Origin: Myxococcota bacterium
Lineage (GTDB): Bacteria > Myxococcota_A > UBA9160 > SZUA-336
DNA length: 64,000 nucleotides
Assembly (NCBI GenBank): GCA_044450765.1
Contig: JBIOJK010000003.1
Coordinates: 19,856 to 83,855 of the forward strand
Direction of reading: 5' to 3'
A model generated the notes under the pieces. It saw only the letters and a list, made by a program, of their open reading frames with translations, was not told where the DNA came from and made no database searches. Shown here piece by piece: positions 13,391 through 22,358 of the stretch; position 1 is the stretch's first letter, and each line of letters opens with the position of its first letter. A program made the position numbers and the translations under genes.

Positions 13391-13962
13391 GGGACTCGTC
13401 CGATGCGCTCGACGAACTCCGAGAGCATGCGTCGCTCGTCGTCGGCGCTGAGCTGCCGGCGCACGATCTCGCCCGCCAGCGAGATCGCCAGCCGCGCTGC
13501 TTCGCGCTGCAGCTCGGCCCGCGCGCGCTCGATCTCCTGGTCGGCCGCGCGCCGCGCTTCCTCGCGCACTCGCGCGGCGGCGCTGCGCGCGCGCTCGAGC
13601 GCCTGGTCGCGCTCGCGCTCGGCGATCTCGGCGGCCTCGCGCACCAGCGCTTCGTTCTCTTCCGAGATGCGCTCGAGCCGCGCGCGAATCTCGTCGTTCG
13701 CGCTGCGGGCGCGCTCGAGCGCCGTGCGTGCGGTGTCGAGCTGGCGACGGACGCTGTCGCTGCGATCCCGCAAGAACGTTTGGACAGGCTGGCGCAAGAA
13801 GTAAACGAGGACGCCGATCAAGACCGCGAGGCCGAACGCGTGAAACGCGAGCAGACTCCAGTCCGTGGCGTGCTCTGCGTGCGCCGCATGCTCCGCCGCG
13901 ACGGCGTGTCGGGCCAGCAGGAGTGCGCCCGCGATCAGCGCCTGTCGGAAGGTCGCGCGCAT
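13387..13962 (-). CDS. atpF: Fo ATP synthase subunit b
   Basis: It has an N-terminal TM helix followed by a long charged coiled coil (ERARSANDEIRARLERISEENEALVREAAEIAERERDQALERA). Confidence 0.8.
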   Translation of the reverse strand: MRATFRQALIAGALLLARHAVAAEHAAHAEHATDWSLLAFHAFGLAVLIGVLVYFLRQPVQTFLRDRSDSVRRQLDTARTALERARSANDEIRARLERISEENEALVREAAEIAERERDQALERARSAAARVREEARRAADQEIERARAELQREAARLAISLAGEIVRRQLSADDERRMLSEFVERIGRVP

Positions 13963-14477
13963 CAGACCGGCCTACCGAGCAGTCGAGCCGCTGCCTCGTC
14001 CGCGAGCGAGCGTGCGTCCGTCTCGAGCGTGAGTCGCGCGCTCGCGAGATCGTCAGCGATCGAGGCGCGCACGCTGTCGAAGCTGCGCGCGGCGTCGGCG
14101 GAGGCAGCCTCCAGCAGCGCCCGCTCCTGTGACTCCGCGTCGGCCATGATCGCGGCGCGGCGGGCTTGCGCTCGCTTGCGCGCTTCGACCAGACGCGCCT
14201 CCAGCTGCGACCCGAACGCGCTCGCCTCGCCATCGAGTCGGCTCGCTTCGTCGAGGGCGCCCGCGGTGCGCCGCTCGCGTTCCTCGGCGAGCCTCAGGAG
14301 CGGCGCGATCAAGAGGCGATTCACCGGATAGATCAGCAGGCCGAACACGACGACGTTCGTCGCGACGTACGGCCAGTGCGGGATCAGGTTGAGATCTGCG
14401 GCGGACGCAGCGGTCGGGATCGCGGCCGCAGCCGCGGCAAGCGACACCGAGAGCGCAATGTCCGCGGCGGCGCGCAA
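13962..14477 (-). CDS. atpF': Fo ATP synthase subunit b' (second b-type subunit)
   Basis: It has the same TM-plus-coiled-coil architecture and lies directly upstream of atpF, as in b/b' heterodimer operons. Confidence 0.7.
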   Translation of the reverse strand: MRAAADIALSVSLAAAAAAIPTAASAADLNLIPHWPYVATNVVVFGLLIYPVNRLLIAPLLRLAEERERRTAGALDEASRLDGEASAFGSQLEARLVEARKRAQARRAAIMADAESQERALLEAASADAARSFDSVRASIADDLASARLTLETDARSLADEAAARLLGRPV

Positions 14478-14626
14478 GCAGATCTCCCTTTGGTCGCACC
14501 CGTGGCCAGGAAGGATCCGGCAGCGCAGTCCCTCCCCGAAGCGTGCGCGAATATGGCAAAGGAGGAACTCAAGTCAATCAGCGCCGCTGCCACATTTCGC
14601 TGCTCTCCCGCAGCGCTGGCGCCGAA

Positions 14627-14977
14627 TCAGCGGCGCAGGCTCGGGGTCGCGGCGGGTTCGCCCATCTCGATCCGCGCGCTGACCTGAGCGCCGTCGGCGA
14701 CGCGCAGTCTGGGCGTGCGCAGCACCCCGTCGATCCGGCCCTGCGGCCCGACCTCGACGCGCTGCTTCGCAGTCACTTCGCCGACGACCGAACCGAGCAC
14801 GATCAGCTCGCGAACCTCGAGCTTCGCGTCGATCGTTCCTGTCTCGCCGACGATCAGCGTGCCGTCGGCGCTCGCGGTGCCGCGAAAATGCCCGTCGATG
14901 CGCACAGCGCCGGTGAACGAGATCTTCCCCTCGAACGAGGTGCCGCTGTCGAGGAACGTCTGCAGATCGGGCTTCAC
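14627..14977 (-). CDS. bactofilin (DUF583 beta-helical cytoskeletal protein)
   Basis: Its 116 aa are dominated by repeated beta-helix windings: FEGKISFTGAVRIDGHFRGTASADGTLIVGETGTIDAKLEVRELIVLGSVVGEVTAKQRVEVGPQGRIDGVL. Its start overlaps the parB stop. Confidence 0.85.
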   Translation of the reverse strand: MKPDLQTFLDSGTSFEGKISFTGAVRIDGHFRGTASADGTLIVGETGTIDAKLEVRELIVLGSVVGEVTAKQRVEVGPQGRIDGVLRTPRLRVADGAQVSARIEMGEPAATPSLRR

Positions 14978-15864
14978 GATTCCTCTCCCAGCAGTCGCCC
15001 CGAGAGGCGTTCGAGCTCGCCCTCGCCGAAGTAGTGGAGCTCGATGCGACCGCGCGCGCGGCGGCCGATGATCCGCACCTTGGTCTGCATGGCTTTGCGA
15101 AGCCGCTCTTCCAGATCCGCCACGTGGACGTCGCGAACCGGGCCGGGGCGCGGGTGGCGCGGCGCCGACGACGCCGCGCGGCGCCCGAGCTCTTCGGCGG
15201 CACGAACGGACAGCGAGGTGCGAATGATCTGGTCGCGAACCATGACGCGCTGCTCGACCGGAACTTGAAGGATCGCCTTTGCGTGGCCCATGGTGAGTCG
15301 CTGGTCGATCAGGTCCTGCTGAATGTCTCGCGGGAGCTCGAGAAGTCGTAGGTGATTCGCCACGCTCGAGCGGTCCAATCCGACGCGTCGACCGGCCTCC
15401 TCTTGCGTCATTCCCTCGTCATCGATCAGGACCCGAAACGCCTCGGCCAGCTCCATCGGGTTGAGATCGGCGCGCTGAACGTTCTCGACGAGCGCCATCT
15501 CGACGACCTGGCGATCCGTCGCGTCGAGAATCACAGCCGGAACTTCGTCGAGGCCGGCGAGCTGAGCAGCCCGCCAGCGACGCTCCCCGATGATCAGCTC
15601 GTAGCCGTCTCCACGTCGGCGGACGACCAGCGGCTGGAGGATTCCCTGCTCGCGAATCGAGGCTGCGAGCGCGGAGAGCTCGCTATCGCGGAACAGCTTG
15701 CGGGGCTGGCCCGGATTCGGCGCGATCTTCGAGATCGCGATGAAGAGCGGCGCCGCCGACGCGTCATCCGCGTCTAACGCGGTCCGCTCGACGCGCGTCA
15801 CAGGTGGGGCGGGCGGCGGAATGAGGGCGGAGAGACCACGGCCGAGCCCCTTACGAGTCGCCAT
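14974..15864 (-). CDS. parB: chromosome partitioning protein ParB
   Basis: GLGRGLSALIP, the GERRWRAAQLAGL ParB box and an HTH. Confidence 0.9.
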   Translation of the reverse strand: MATRKGLGRGLSALIPPPAPPVTRVERTALDADDASAAPLFIAISKIAPNPGQPRKLFRDSELSALAASIREQGILQPLVVRRRGDGYELIIGERRWRAAQLAGLDEVPAVILDATDRQVVEMALVENVQRADLNPMELAEAFRVLIDDEGMTQEEAGRRVGLDRSSVANHLRLLELPRDIQQDLIDQRLTMGHAKAILQVPVEQRVMVRDQIIRTSLSVRAAEELGRRAASSAPRHPRPGPVRDVHVADLEERLRKAMQTKVRIIGRRARGRIELHYFGEGELERLSGRLLGEES

Positions 15865-16678
15865 CCTTGATCCTTTCCAGAAGCTCCTCGGCGAGCTGCA
15901 GATAGCTCAGTGCGCCCTTGGAGTTGATGTCGTAGAGCAACGCGGGCTTGCCGTGGCTCGGGGCCTCCGACAGCCGCACGTTGCGCGGAATCACCGTGCG
16001 AAAGACCCGCTCGCCAAAGTGCTCGCGAGTCTCCTTCGCGACCTGCAGCGCGAGGTTGTTGCGCACGTCGTACATCGTCAGCACCAGTCCTTCGATCGCC
16101 AGGCGTGGGTTCAGCGAAGCCCGGACGAGATCGATCGTCTGGGTCAGCTTCGCGAGCCCTTCCAGCGCGAGATACTCGCATTGGAGCGGGACGAGAACGG
16201 AGTCCGCGGCGACGAGCGCGTTCAGCGTCAAGAGCCCCAGCGACGGTGGAGTGTCGATCAGGATCACGCGATAGGTGTCGCCCACGCCCTCGAGCGCCTT
16301 CGTCAGCCGGCGCTCTCGCTCCGGCGCCGCTGCCAGCTCCACCTCGGCGCCGACGAGATCAGTGGACGAAGGAATCAGGCGCAGGAACTGCAGCTGCGTC
16401 TCGATCGCCACCTCGGCCACGGTCGCTTCCCCGAGCAAGAGGTCGTAGACGTCGCTCTTCAGATCGGATGGCGTGAAGCCCAAGCTGGACGTGGCATTTG
16501 CCTGCGGATCGAAGTCGACGAGCAGGGTCGGGGTTTCAGCCGCCGCGAGCGACGCAGCCAGATTGACCGCGGTCGTAGTTTTCCCGACGCCGCCCTTCTG
16601 ATTCGCGACCACAATGATCCGGGCCACTCTTCCACCCCGCGAGCGAGCTCGCAGGGAGAGTCTACCCCAGAGTTCCAC
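15851..16678 (-). CDS. parA: chromosome partitioning ATPase ParA (Soj)
   Basis: It has the deviant Walker A box IIVVANQKGGVGKTTT. An alternative GTG start lies about 54 nt downstream (VARIIVV). Confidence 0.9.
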   Translation of the reverse strand: MELWGRLSLRARSRGGRVARIIVVANQKGGVGKTTTAVNLAASLAAAETPTLLVDFDPQANATSSLGFTPSDLKSDVYDLLLGEATVAEVAIETQLQFLRLIPSSTDLVGAEVELAAAPERERRLTKALEGVGDTYRVILIDTPPSLGLLTLNALVAADSVLVPLQCEYLALEGLAKLTQTIDLVRASLNPRLAIEGLVLTMYDVRNNLALQVAKETREHFGERVFRTVIPRNVRLSEAPSHGKPALLYDINSKGALSYLQLAEELLERIKDGDS

Positions 16679-16704
16679 GTGCTAGGAGTGGAACCCGAGC
16701 GACT

Positions 16705-17256
16705 TCAATCCGTTCCACGGGAAAAATCCGCCGCACGCACCCGCAGAATCCTGCCGCCCGATGCGAGCGGCAGCGGTCGCGCGCCGCGCAGGTCCGCGGT
16801 CGCCGATGCCCAGACCCAAATTTCGCCCGTCGCGACGACCCACGGGAGAGCCAGCTCCGCGCTCCGCTCGGGCTTGGCGACCGCGCGGAGGAGCGCGAAG
16901 TCGAATCCGACGCTGGGCGGTGTCTCGATCGAGGTCCCGGAAATCTCGATCGAGAGCGCGAGCTCCCGTGCGACGTGGCGCAGGAACGCGAGGCGCTTCT
17001 CTCGGACCTCGACGAGGACGAAGCGAAGATCCGGGCGCGCAAGCGCGATGGGAATTCCAGGAAAGCCGGCGCCGCTGCCGAGATCGACGACCCGAGAATT
17101 CGGCGGGAGATGCGCCGCGGCCGCGAGCGAGTCCTCGACGTGCCGCGCGAGCGCAGCCGGCTCCGTCGACCCGACCAGGTTCATCCGCTGGCCCCAGCGC
17201 GCGAGCTCGGCGGTGAAGACTTCGAGGCCGGCGCGGAGCGCCGCCTGGTTGGTCAC
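16705..17256 (-). CDS. rsmG: 16S rRNA (guanine527-N7)-methyltransferase
   Basis: It has the GidB-family SAM motif VVDLGSGAGFPGIPIA. Confidence 0.85.
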   Translation of the reverse strand: MTNQAALRAGLEVFTAELARWGQRMNLVGSTEPAALARHVEDSLAAAAHLPPNSRVVDLGSGAGFPGIPIALARPDLRFVLVEVREKRLAFLRHVARELALSIEISGTSIETPPSVGFDFALLRAVAKPERSAELALPWVVATGEIWVWASATADLRGARPLPLASGGRILRVRAADFSRGTD

Positions 17257-18242
17257 CCCGGGAAGATCTTGATTCGCTTCCTCGCGCCTTCGCCTTCGCT
17301 CTCCGAGCGCACTCCTCGCTCGTCCTTGAGGGCGTTGTGCACGAACCAGCGCTCGCGAGAGTTCATCGGGGGCAGGAGCACCGGCTCGCTTGTTTCGCGC
17401 ACCGAGCGCGCGGAATCGCGCGCGAGTCGCTCGAGCTCGCCTTCGTCGATGTCTCGGTCCTCGGGGTCGCGACCCCGTCCGGGCCGCTCTCCACCCCGTC
17501 CGTTCGAGCGCTGATCGCGGCGTCCGTCGCGCTCACCCCGCTCGCGAGTCTCCTCACGCGGCGCTCGCCGGATGCCGCGCACCTCGACCAGCGCCGCCGT
17601 GTCGTCGTCGATCAGCGCCTCGGCAGCCCGGTGCGCGAGATGGGACAGCGCCGCGATGAGTCGCGGCTCGCGCTCCGCCAGCGACGTGATCGAGCGCCCG
17701 GCGAGCGTGACGACGATCTCTCCCTCGTCGGTCTGCGCCTCCGAAACGGTCACATCGCGCAGCTTCATGCGCTCGAGGATGCCGGCGACGAAGGTCCCGA
17801 CCTGGCCGAGCGCACCGCTCGGAGCGGGAGTGACTTCGTCGTTCGGCTCGTGGCGAGGCTCACGCGCTGGAGGTGCACTCGGGTGTGGCGCGGGCGGCGG
17901 AGCAGGGCGCGACGATTCTGCGCCTGAGCGCGAGCCACCGCGATCTCGGCCCCCGCGCTCTCGATCGCCGCGATCCCTGTCGCGGTCGCGCGGCCGGTCT
18001 CGGTCGCGCTCAGCTGGCCGCCGCTCCTCGCGGCGCGGCTCGGGCGTGCGGTTCGACCGCTCCGAGCGAGGCGCGGCGATCATCAACACGCGGCCGCCGA
18101 GTCCCGAGATCTCGACTGAGGGCGGAACCACCCAGTACTCCAGCTGATCCGCCGAAGCGCGGAAATAGCTCTCGGCCAGCGCAAGGGCGGCTTCGCGAGT
18201 CTCGGCAACGAACTCTCGCACGTCGTCTACGGATGCATTCAT
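17253..18242 (-). CDS. jag: Jag/SpoIIIJ-associated RNA-binding protein (Jag_N + KH + R3H) with RD/RE-rich low-complexity linkers
   Basis: The C-terminal R3H reads RWFVHNALKDERGVRSESEGEGARKRIKIFP. The N-terminal Jag_N domain is present. The linker reads RDRDRPRDRDRDRGDRERGGRDRGG. Confidence 0.8.
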   Translation of the reverse strand: MNASVDDVREFVAETREAALALAESYFRASADQLEYWVVPPSVEISGLGGRVLMIAAPRSERSNRTPEPRREERRPAERDRDRPRDRDRDRGDRERGGRDRGGSRSGAESSRPAPPPAPHPSAPPAREPRHEPNDEVTPAPSGALGQVGTFVAGILERMKLRDVTVSEAQTDEGEIVVTLAGRSITSLAEREPRLIAALSHLAHRAAEALIDDDTAALVEVRGIRRAPREETRERGERDGRRDQRSNGRGGERPGRGRDPEDRDIDEGELERLARDSARSVRETSEPVLLPPMNSRERWFVHNALKDERGVRSESEGEGARKRIKIFPG

Positions 18243-18255
18243 GAGGTCACTCCGA

Positions 18256-19914
18256 TCAGGTTGTCGTCGGCGCGGGCGCGCGGTTCACGAGCAGCTGCTG
18301 TGCGATTCCAAGAAGGTTGCTCACGAACCAGTACAGCACGAGGCCGGCGGGGAACTGGTAGAACATGAACGTGAACATGACACTCATCAGTGTCATCATC
18401 TGTCGCTGCTGAGGATCCGCGTTCGGCGCGGGACTCAGTCGCTGCTGCAAGAGCATCGACCCGCCCATCAGCAGCGGGAGCAGTCGGAACGGCACTCCGG
18501 CGACCGCGAAGAAGTCCTCCGGCGCAGACAGATCGCGGATCCACAGCGCGAAGGGCGCGTGGCGCAAGTCGATCGAAGTCTGCAGCGCGAAATACAGCGC
18601 GATCATCACCGGCATCTGGATGATCATCGGGACGCAGCCGCCGCCCATCGCCGCGAGCGGATTCATCCCCTTCTGCCGGTAGAGCTTCATCAGCTCCTCC
18701 TGCAGCTTGTCGCGGTCGTTCGCGTGCTTCTCCTGTATCTCCTTCATCTGCGGCGCGATCAAGCTGAACTTCTTCATCGACTTCATCGAGCGCTGAGTGA
18801 GTGGGTAGGTGAGCATGCGGACGAGGATCGTCAGCAGGATGATCGCGATTCCGTAGTTCGGCACGACGTGGTCGTGGGTCCAGTGCAGGAGTGACCCGAA
18901 TGCGGCGACCAGCGGCCGCACGAACGGCCAGCCGGCGTCCGTCGCGTGCGCGAGCTGGGGATCGACCGCGCTCGTGTTCGCCTCGATCTTCGGGCCGAAG
19001 TACAGGCGATAGCTCCGCTCGATGCCCGTCCCGGGAGGAACGTCGAACGGCTGCAGCGCGAGCGCCGCCTGGCCGAGGTCCGCGCCCAGCGGGCCGAAAT
19101 ACGCCGACGCGTCGCGCGGATTCTGCGGCACCGCGGCGAGCAGGAAGTACTGGCTGTCGATGCCCGCCCATTCGGCCGGCGCCGGGTATGCGGTTCCGGT
19201 CGGCGGGCCGCGGCCCAGCAGGCTGCCGACGAATCCAGTCGAGCCCACTCCCTGGACCGGGAGCCGCTTCACGCTCCCGTCGACCGAGGCCGCGAGGCTG
19301 TAGTGCGGAAAGTGGTCCGGCGCGGTCGCCGCCCGCTCCTGGCCGTAGAACACGAGCTCGAGCTTCGGCTGGACGGTGGCAGCGCCCGCATTCGAGATCG
19401 AGACCGTCAGCCTGCCGCCATAGCCCGAGTCATCGAGCTCGATGCGCCGCGTCAAAGTGATGCCGTCGCGAACCGCTCGCAGCTCCACCCGGGTCGGCGT
19501 GCGCGAGGTGATCTCGCAGGGCACTGCCTCGAACGACCGCAGCGGCTCGGGCCCCAGGAACAAGAACATCGCGCCACGCGACGCCACCGTGACGAGCTCG
19601 ACGGGCCCCGAATCGGGCGCGACGGTGGCGCGGTACTTCAGCAAGTCGATCGTCTCGACGCGCCCTCCGAGATCGCTGACGCGCAGCTCGACTGCGTCAT
19701 TGGCAAGCGTCAGAAGCTGCTCCTGGCGGGGCCCCGCCGACTCCGCGCTCGGCGCGGTTGCGCGAAACTCCGTTGGCGACTCTTCGCGCGGAGCTTCCGA
19801 GCTCGGGCGCATCGCCTCAGGCGCGGGTCCCGGCGGAGTCGTCGGACGCAACAGGAGCGACGCCGCGAGCAACCCCACGGCGAGCGCGATCGCAGCGATC
19901 TGCCAACGATCCAA
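18256..19914 (-). CDS. yidC: membrane protein insertase YidC
   Basis: It has an N-terminal TM segment, a periplasmic domain, and the conserved C-terminal 5-TM core (PNYGIAIILLTILVRMLTYPLT..., FPAGLVLYW). Confidence 0.9.
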   Translation of the reverse strand: MDRWQIAAIALAVGLLAASLLLRPTTPPGPAPEAMRPSSEAPREESPTEFRATAPSAESAGPRQEQLLTLANDAVELRVSDLGGRVETIDLLKYRATVAPDSGPVELVTVASRGAMFLFLGPEPLRSFEAVPCEITSRTPTRVELRAVRDGITLTRRIELDDSGYGGRLTVSISNAGAATVQPKLELVFYGQERAATAPDHFPHYSLAASVDGSVKRLPVQGVGSTGFVGSLLGRGPPTGTAYPAPAEWAGIDSQYFLLAAVPQNPRDASAYFGPLGADLGQAALALQPFDVPPGTGIERSYRLYFGPKIEANTSAVDPQLAHATDAGWPFVRPLVAAFGSLLHWTHDHVVPNYGIAIILLTILVRMLTYPLTQRSMKSMKKFSLIAPQMKEIQEKHANDRDKLQEELMKLYRQKGMNPLAAMGGGCVPMIIQMPVMIALYFALQTSIDLRHAPFALWIRDLSAPEDFFAVAGVPFRLLPLLMGGSMLLQQRLSPAPNADPQQRQMMTLMSVMFTFMFYQFPAGLVLYWFVSNLLGIAQQLLVNRAPAPTTT

Positions 19915-19926
19915 ACCGTTCCTCCG

Positions 19927-20124
19927 TCAGGGCAGATCGAGCCCGCCGCTGCCGAACGGGTGACAGCGCGCCAGTCGCCGCAGCGCGCGCGCACTGCCGC
20001 GCCAAGCCCCGTGCCGCTCGATCGACGCGATCGCATAGCTCGAGCAGCTGGGTTGGAACCGACACGCAGGACCCAGCAGCGGAGAAAGTGACATCTGGTA
20101 GAGCCGCACCAGCGCGATCAGGAC
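19927..20124 (-). CDS. yidD: membrane protein insertion efficiency factor YidD
   Basis: [38 protein letters not shown] is typical YidD. I infer a GTG start; the longer ORF-track start overlaps rnpA. Confidence 0.75.
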   Translation of the reverse strand, partial: VLIALVRLYQMSLSPLLGPACRFQPSCSSYAIASIERHGAWRGSARALRRLARCHPFGSGGLDLP

Positions 20125-20480
20125 GCGAGGGGCGATCGCGGACGTCCCGGCAACAGCGCGGGGTCGAGATCCTCGCTGACGTCCGCCAGGCGCAGCCAGG
20201 TCGGGAACTCGCGCTTCGCGATCAACACCAAGTCGCACGACCCAAACTCATGACTGCGCGCCCGGAACCACGCGCGTGCGAGCCGTTTGATCCGATTGCG
20301 CTGCACTGCACCGCCGACCTTGCGGGTGACGGTGACGCCGAGACGGCCGTCTCCCCCGTCGCCACGATCGCGGACGAACGTGATGAAGAGCTTCGTCGGT
20401 CGGCGCGTTCCCTCGCTGGTCGAAGTGAGGAAATCTCGCCGCCGCATCCGCCGCCTGAGTGCGCCGCGGGAGTCGGCCAT
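20118..20480 (-). CDS. rnpA: RNase P protein component
   Basis: A basic 120-aa protein with [28 protein letters not shown]. Its position between rpmH and yidD is canonical. Confidence 0.85.
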   Translation of the reverse strand: MADSRGALRRRMRRRDFLTSTSEGTRRPTKLFITFVRDRGDGGDGRLGVTVTRKVGGAVQRNRIKRLARAWFRARSHEFGSCDLVLIAKREFPTWLRLADVSEDLDPALLPGRPRSPLAS

Positions 20481-20493
20481 GCCGTGCGGATCG

Positions 20494-20643
20494 CTACTTC
20501 CTCTTCGTCACCCGCGTGAGCGCGTGACGACCCTTCGCGCGGCGCTGCGAGAGCACGCGGCGTCCGCCCTTCGTGCTCATGCGCGCGCGAAAACCGTGGT
20601 TGCGCGCACGGCGGATACGACTGGGCTGAAAGGTGCGCTTCAT
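20494..20643 (-). CDS. rpmH: 50S ribosomal protein L34
   Basis: [49 protein letters not shown] is a near-universal L34 sequence. Confidence 0.9.
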   Translation of the reverse strand: MKRTFQPSRIRRARNHGFRARMSTKGGRRVLSQRRAKGRHALTRVTKRK

Positions 20644-20845
20644 GGGGAGCTGCCTCGCGAGCCTGGCTCGCCGGTGGGCGTGTATGAAAGCACCAGGTCC
20701 CGGGAGTGTCAACGCTGCGGGCGCGCAGATCGCGGGTGAACGCTCGCGGAAAAGTTCGCGTCTCGTTCTTGCATTGCTGCGCGCCGCTTTGATAAGCAAC
20801 TCTCATCCCACTCGTTCGCGCCTCGCGAAAGGTCCGACTCCCCCG

Positions 20846-22165
20846 ATGACTGCGAAGATGACTGAGCTCGTCCGCCCGGACGAGGCCGCTTCCCTTTGGA
20901 AGTCGGTGCTGCAGACGCCCTCGCCGAGGATTGGCGCCGCGACGAGAGACTCGCTCGCGGAGAGCACGCGCTGCCTCGAGCGCACGGGGTCGGAGCTCCG
21001 CGTCGCGATCGACTCGGCGCAGCTCGACGCCGGGCTGCGCGGCGGCCAGCTGGCGGTGCTCGAGGTGTCGCTCGCGAATCTCACCGACGGTGCGACGGCG
21101 CTCGCTCTCGTGCCCGTCGAGGATCTCGGATCGAAGCGCGGCGACCCGAGCTACACGCTCGCGACCTTCGTCGCGAGCCCGGCGAACGCGAAGGCGCGCG
21201 CGAAAGCGGCGGCGTTCGCGCGAGACGCGCCGGCGTCGGGTGGCGCGCTGGCACTCCACGGCGGCGCGAGCTCGGGCAAGACGCACCTGCTCCGAGCGAT
21301 CGCCAGCGCGCTCGGCGATGCGCGCGGCGTCGAGCGCGTGCTCTGCTGCAGCGCAGAGCAGCTGTGTCAGGAGCTGATCCGCGCGATCTGGGCTGACTCC
21401 GTCGACGAGTTTCGCGAGCGCATCGGCTCCGTCGACGCGCTGGTCGTCGACGATCTCGACGAGCTCGTGGGCCGCGACGCGACCCAGGAGGAGCTCGCGC
21501 TGGCGCTCGAGACGCTCGGCGCGCGGGGTGTTCCGATCGCGATCTCGCTCTCGAAGCCGATCGAGCGCACCTCGGGAATGGTCGCCTCGCTGCGCGGTCA
21601 GCTCGCCCGCTTCGCGGAGCTCGAAGTGCGCGCGCCCGAGTGGGAGACCCGGGTCGCGATCGTGCTCGCGCACGCGCGGCGCTGGCGCGTCGAGCCGAGC
21701 GCCGCCGTCGCGTCGTTCATCGCGAGTCGGCTGCGCGCGCACCTCGGCCGGCTCGACGTCCTGCTGACTCGCCTGATGACGCGCTCGTCGGCCGCGGCGA
21801 GCGCGCTCGCCGATCTCGACGTGGTCAAGCACCTGCTCACGGGCGCGGGCGAAAAGCCGCTCGCGACCTCGCCCGACGACGTTCTGACCGCCGTCACGCG
21901 CCAGTTCAACCTGCGCGTCCGCGAGCTGCGCTCGTCGAGCCGCAGCGCGCGAGTGACTACGCCGCGCCAGGTCGCGATGTACCTGATGCGACGCCACTGC
22001 GGGCTCTCGTATCCGGAGATCGGCCGCCGCTTTGCGCGCCACCACACGACCGCGCTCCACGCGGACCGCATCGTGCAGGCGCAGCTGTCCGAGAACGCGA
22101 GTCTCCGCGCGGCCGTCGTGCTGATCGAGAAGGATCTTCTGCGGCTCTCCGAGGGCGGTGGATGA
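20846..22165 (+). CDS. dnaA: chromosomal replication initiator DnaA (divergent AAA+ region)
   Basis: Walker A is GGASSGKTHLL and Walker B is LVVDDLDEL. C-terminal domain IV (TPRQVAMYLMRRHCGLSYPEIGRRFARHHTTALHA) is present. Its position is divergent from rpmH and upstream of dnaN. I place the start at ATG 20846, which has a GAAAGG RBS. Confidence 0.8.
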   Translation: MTAKMTELVRPDEAASLWKSVLQTPSPRIGAATRDSLAESTRCLERTGSELRVAIDSAQLDAGLRGGQLAVLEVSLANLTDGATALALVPVEDLGSKRGDPSYTLATFVASPANAKARAKAAAFARDAPASGGALALHGGASSGKTHLLRAIASALGDARGVERVLCCSAEQLCQELIRAIWADSVDEFRERIGSVDALVVDDLDELVGRDATQEELALALETLGARGVPIAISLSKPIERTSGMVASLRGQLARFAELEVRAPEWETRVAIVLAHARRWRVEPSAAVASFIASRLRAHLGRLDVLLTRLMTRSSAAASALADLDVVKHLLTGAGEKPLATSPDDVLTAVTRQFNLRVRELRSSSRSARVTTPRQVAMYLMRRHCGLSYPEIGRRFARHHTTALHADRIVQAQLSENASLRAAVVLIEKDLLRLSEGGG

Positions 22166-22358
22166 GCGGTGGAAAACAGCAGCTCGCTCGCCGCCCACCG
22201 CGCGCGTCCACCGCAGAGCCACCTGCTGCGTCGCAGCGGCGTGAGGAAAATCTCCTGCGCGGCTGCTCCCGCACGCGGATTTTCCAGATTTCCACAGGGC
22301 TCTCTCCTACTCCTGCATTTCATGTCATAAGATCAGGAGCAGAGGGGCGGAGGTTGCT
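22166..22358. promoter_or_regulatory. candidate oriC / DnaA-box cluster in dnaA-dnaN intergenic region
   Basis: Four TTTTCCAC/ATTTCCACA-like elements lie at about 22169-78, 22243-55, 22277-87 and 22288-99. They are followed by a lower-GC stretch (catttcatgtcataagatcagg). The leading-strand gene switch falls at about 20.7 kb. Confidence 0.45.

Noticed and set aside
14554-14687. Small plus-strand ORF MAKEELKSISAAATFRCSPAALAPNQRRRLGVAAGSPISIRALT with an AAGGAGG-like sequence.
   Set aside because: The purine-rich run is downstream of the ATG, not upstream of it. The ORF is antisense to the bactofilin 3' end and has an R/A-rich artefact-like tail.
16688-16729. Possible parS centromere site near rsmG/parA (CGTTCCACGGGAAAAAT, and the GTGGAAC/GTTCCAC inverted pair).
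   Set aside because: It matches the canonical TGTTTCACGTGAAACA poorly; the half-sites are not adjacent and not palindromic. I found no convincing parS anywhere in the window. The site is kept only as a DnaA-box-like motif observation.
17462-18062. Tandem DNA repeat or CRISPR-like array inside jag.
   Set aside because: The repetitiveness is at the protein level (RD/RE dipeptides) within an intact reading frame. There are no spacer-repeat units and no cas genes.
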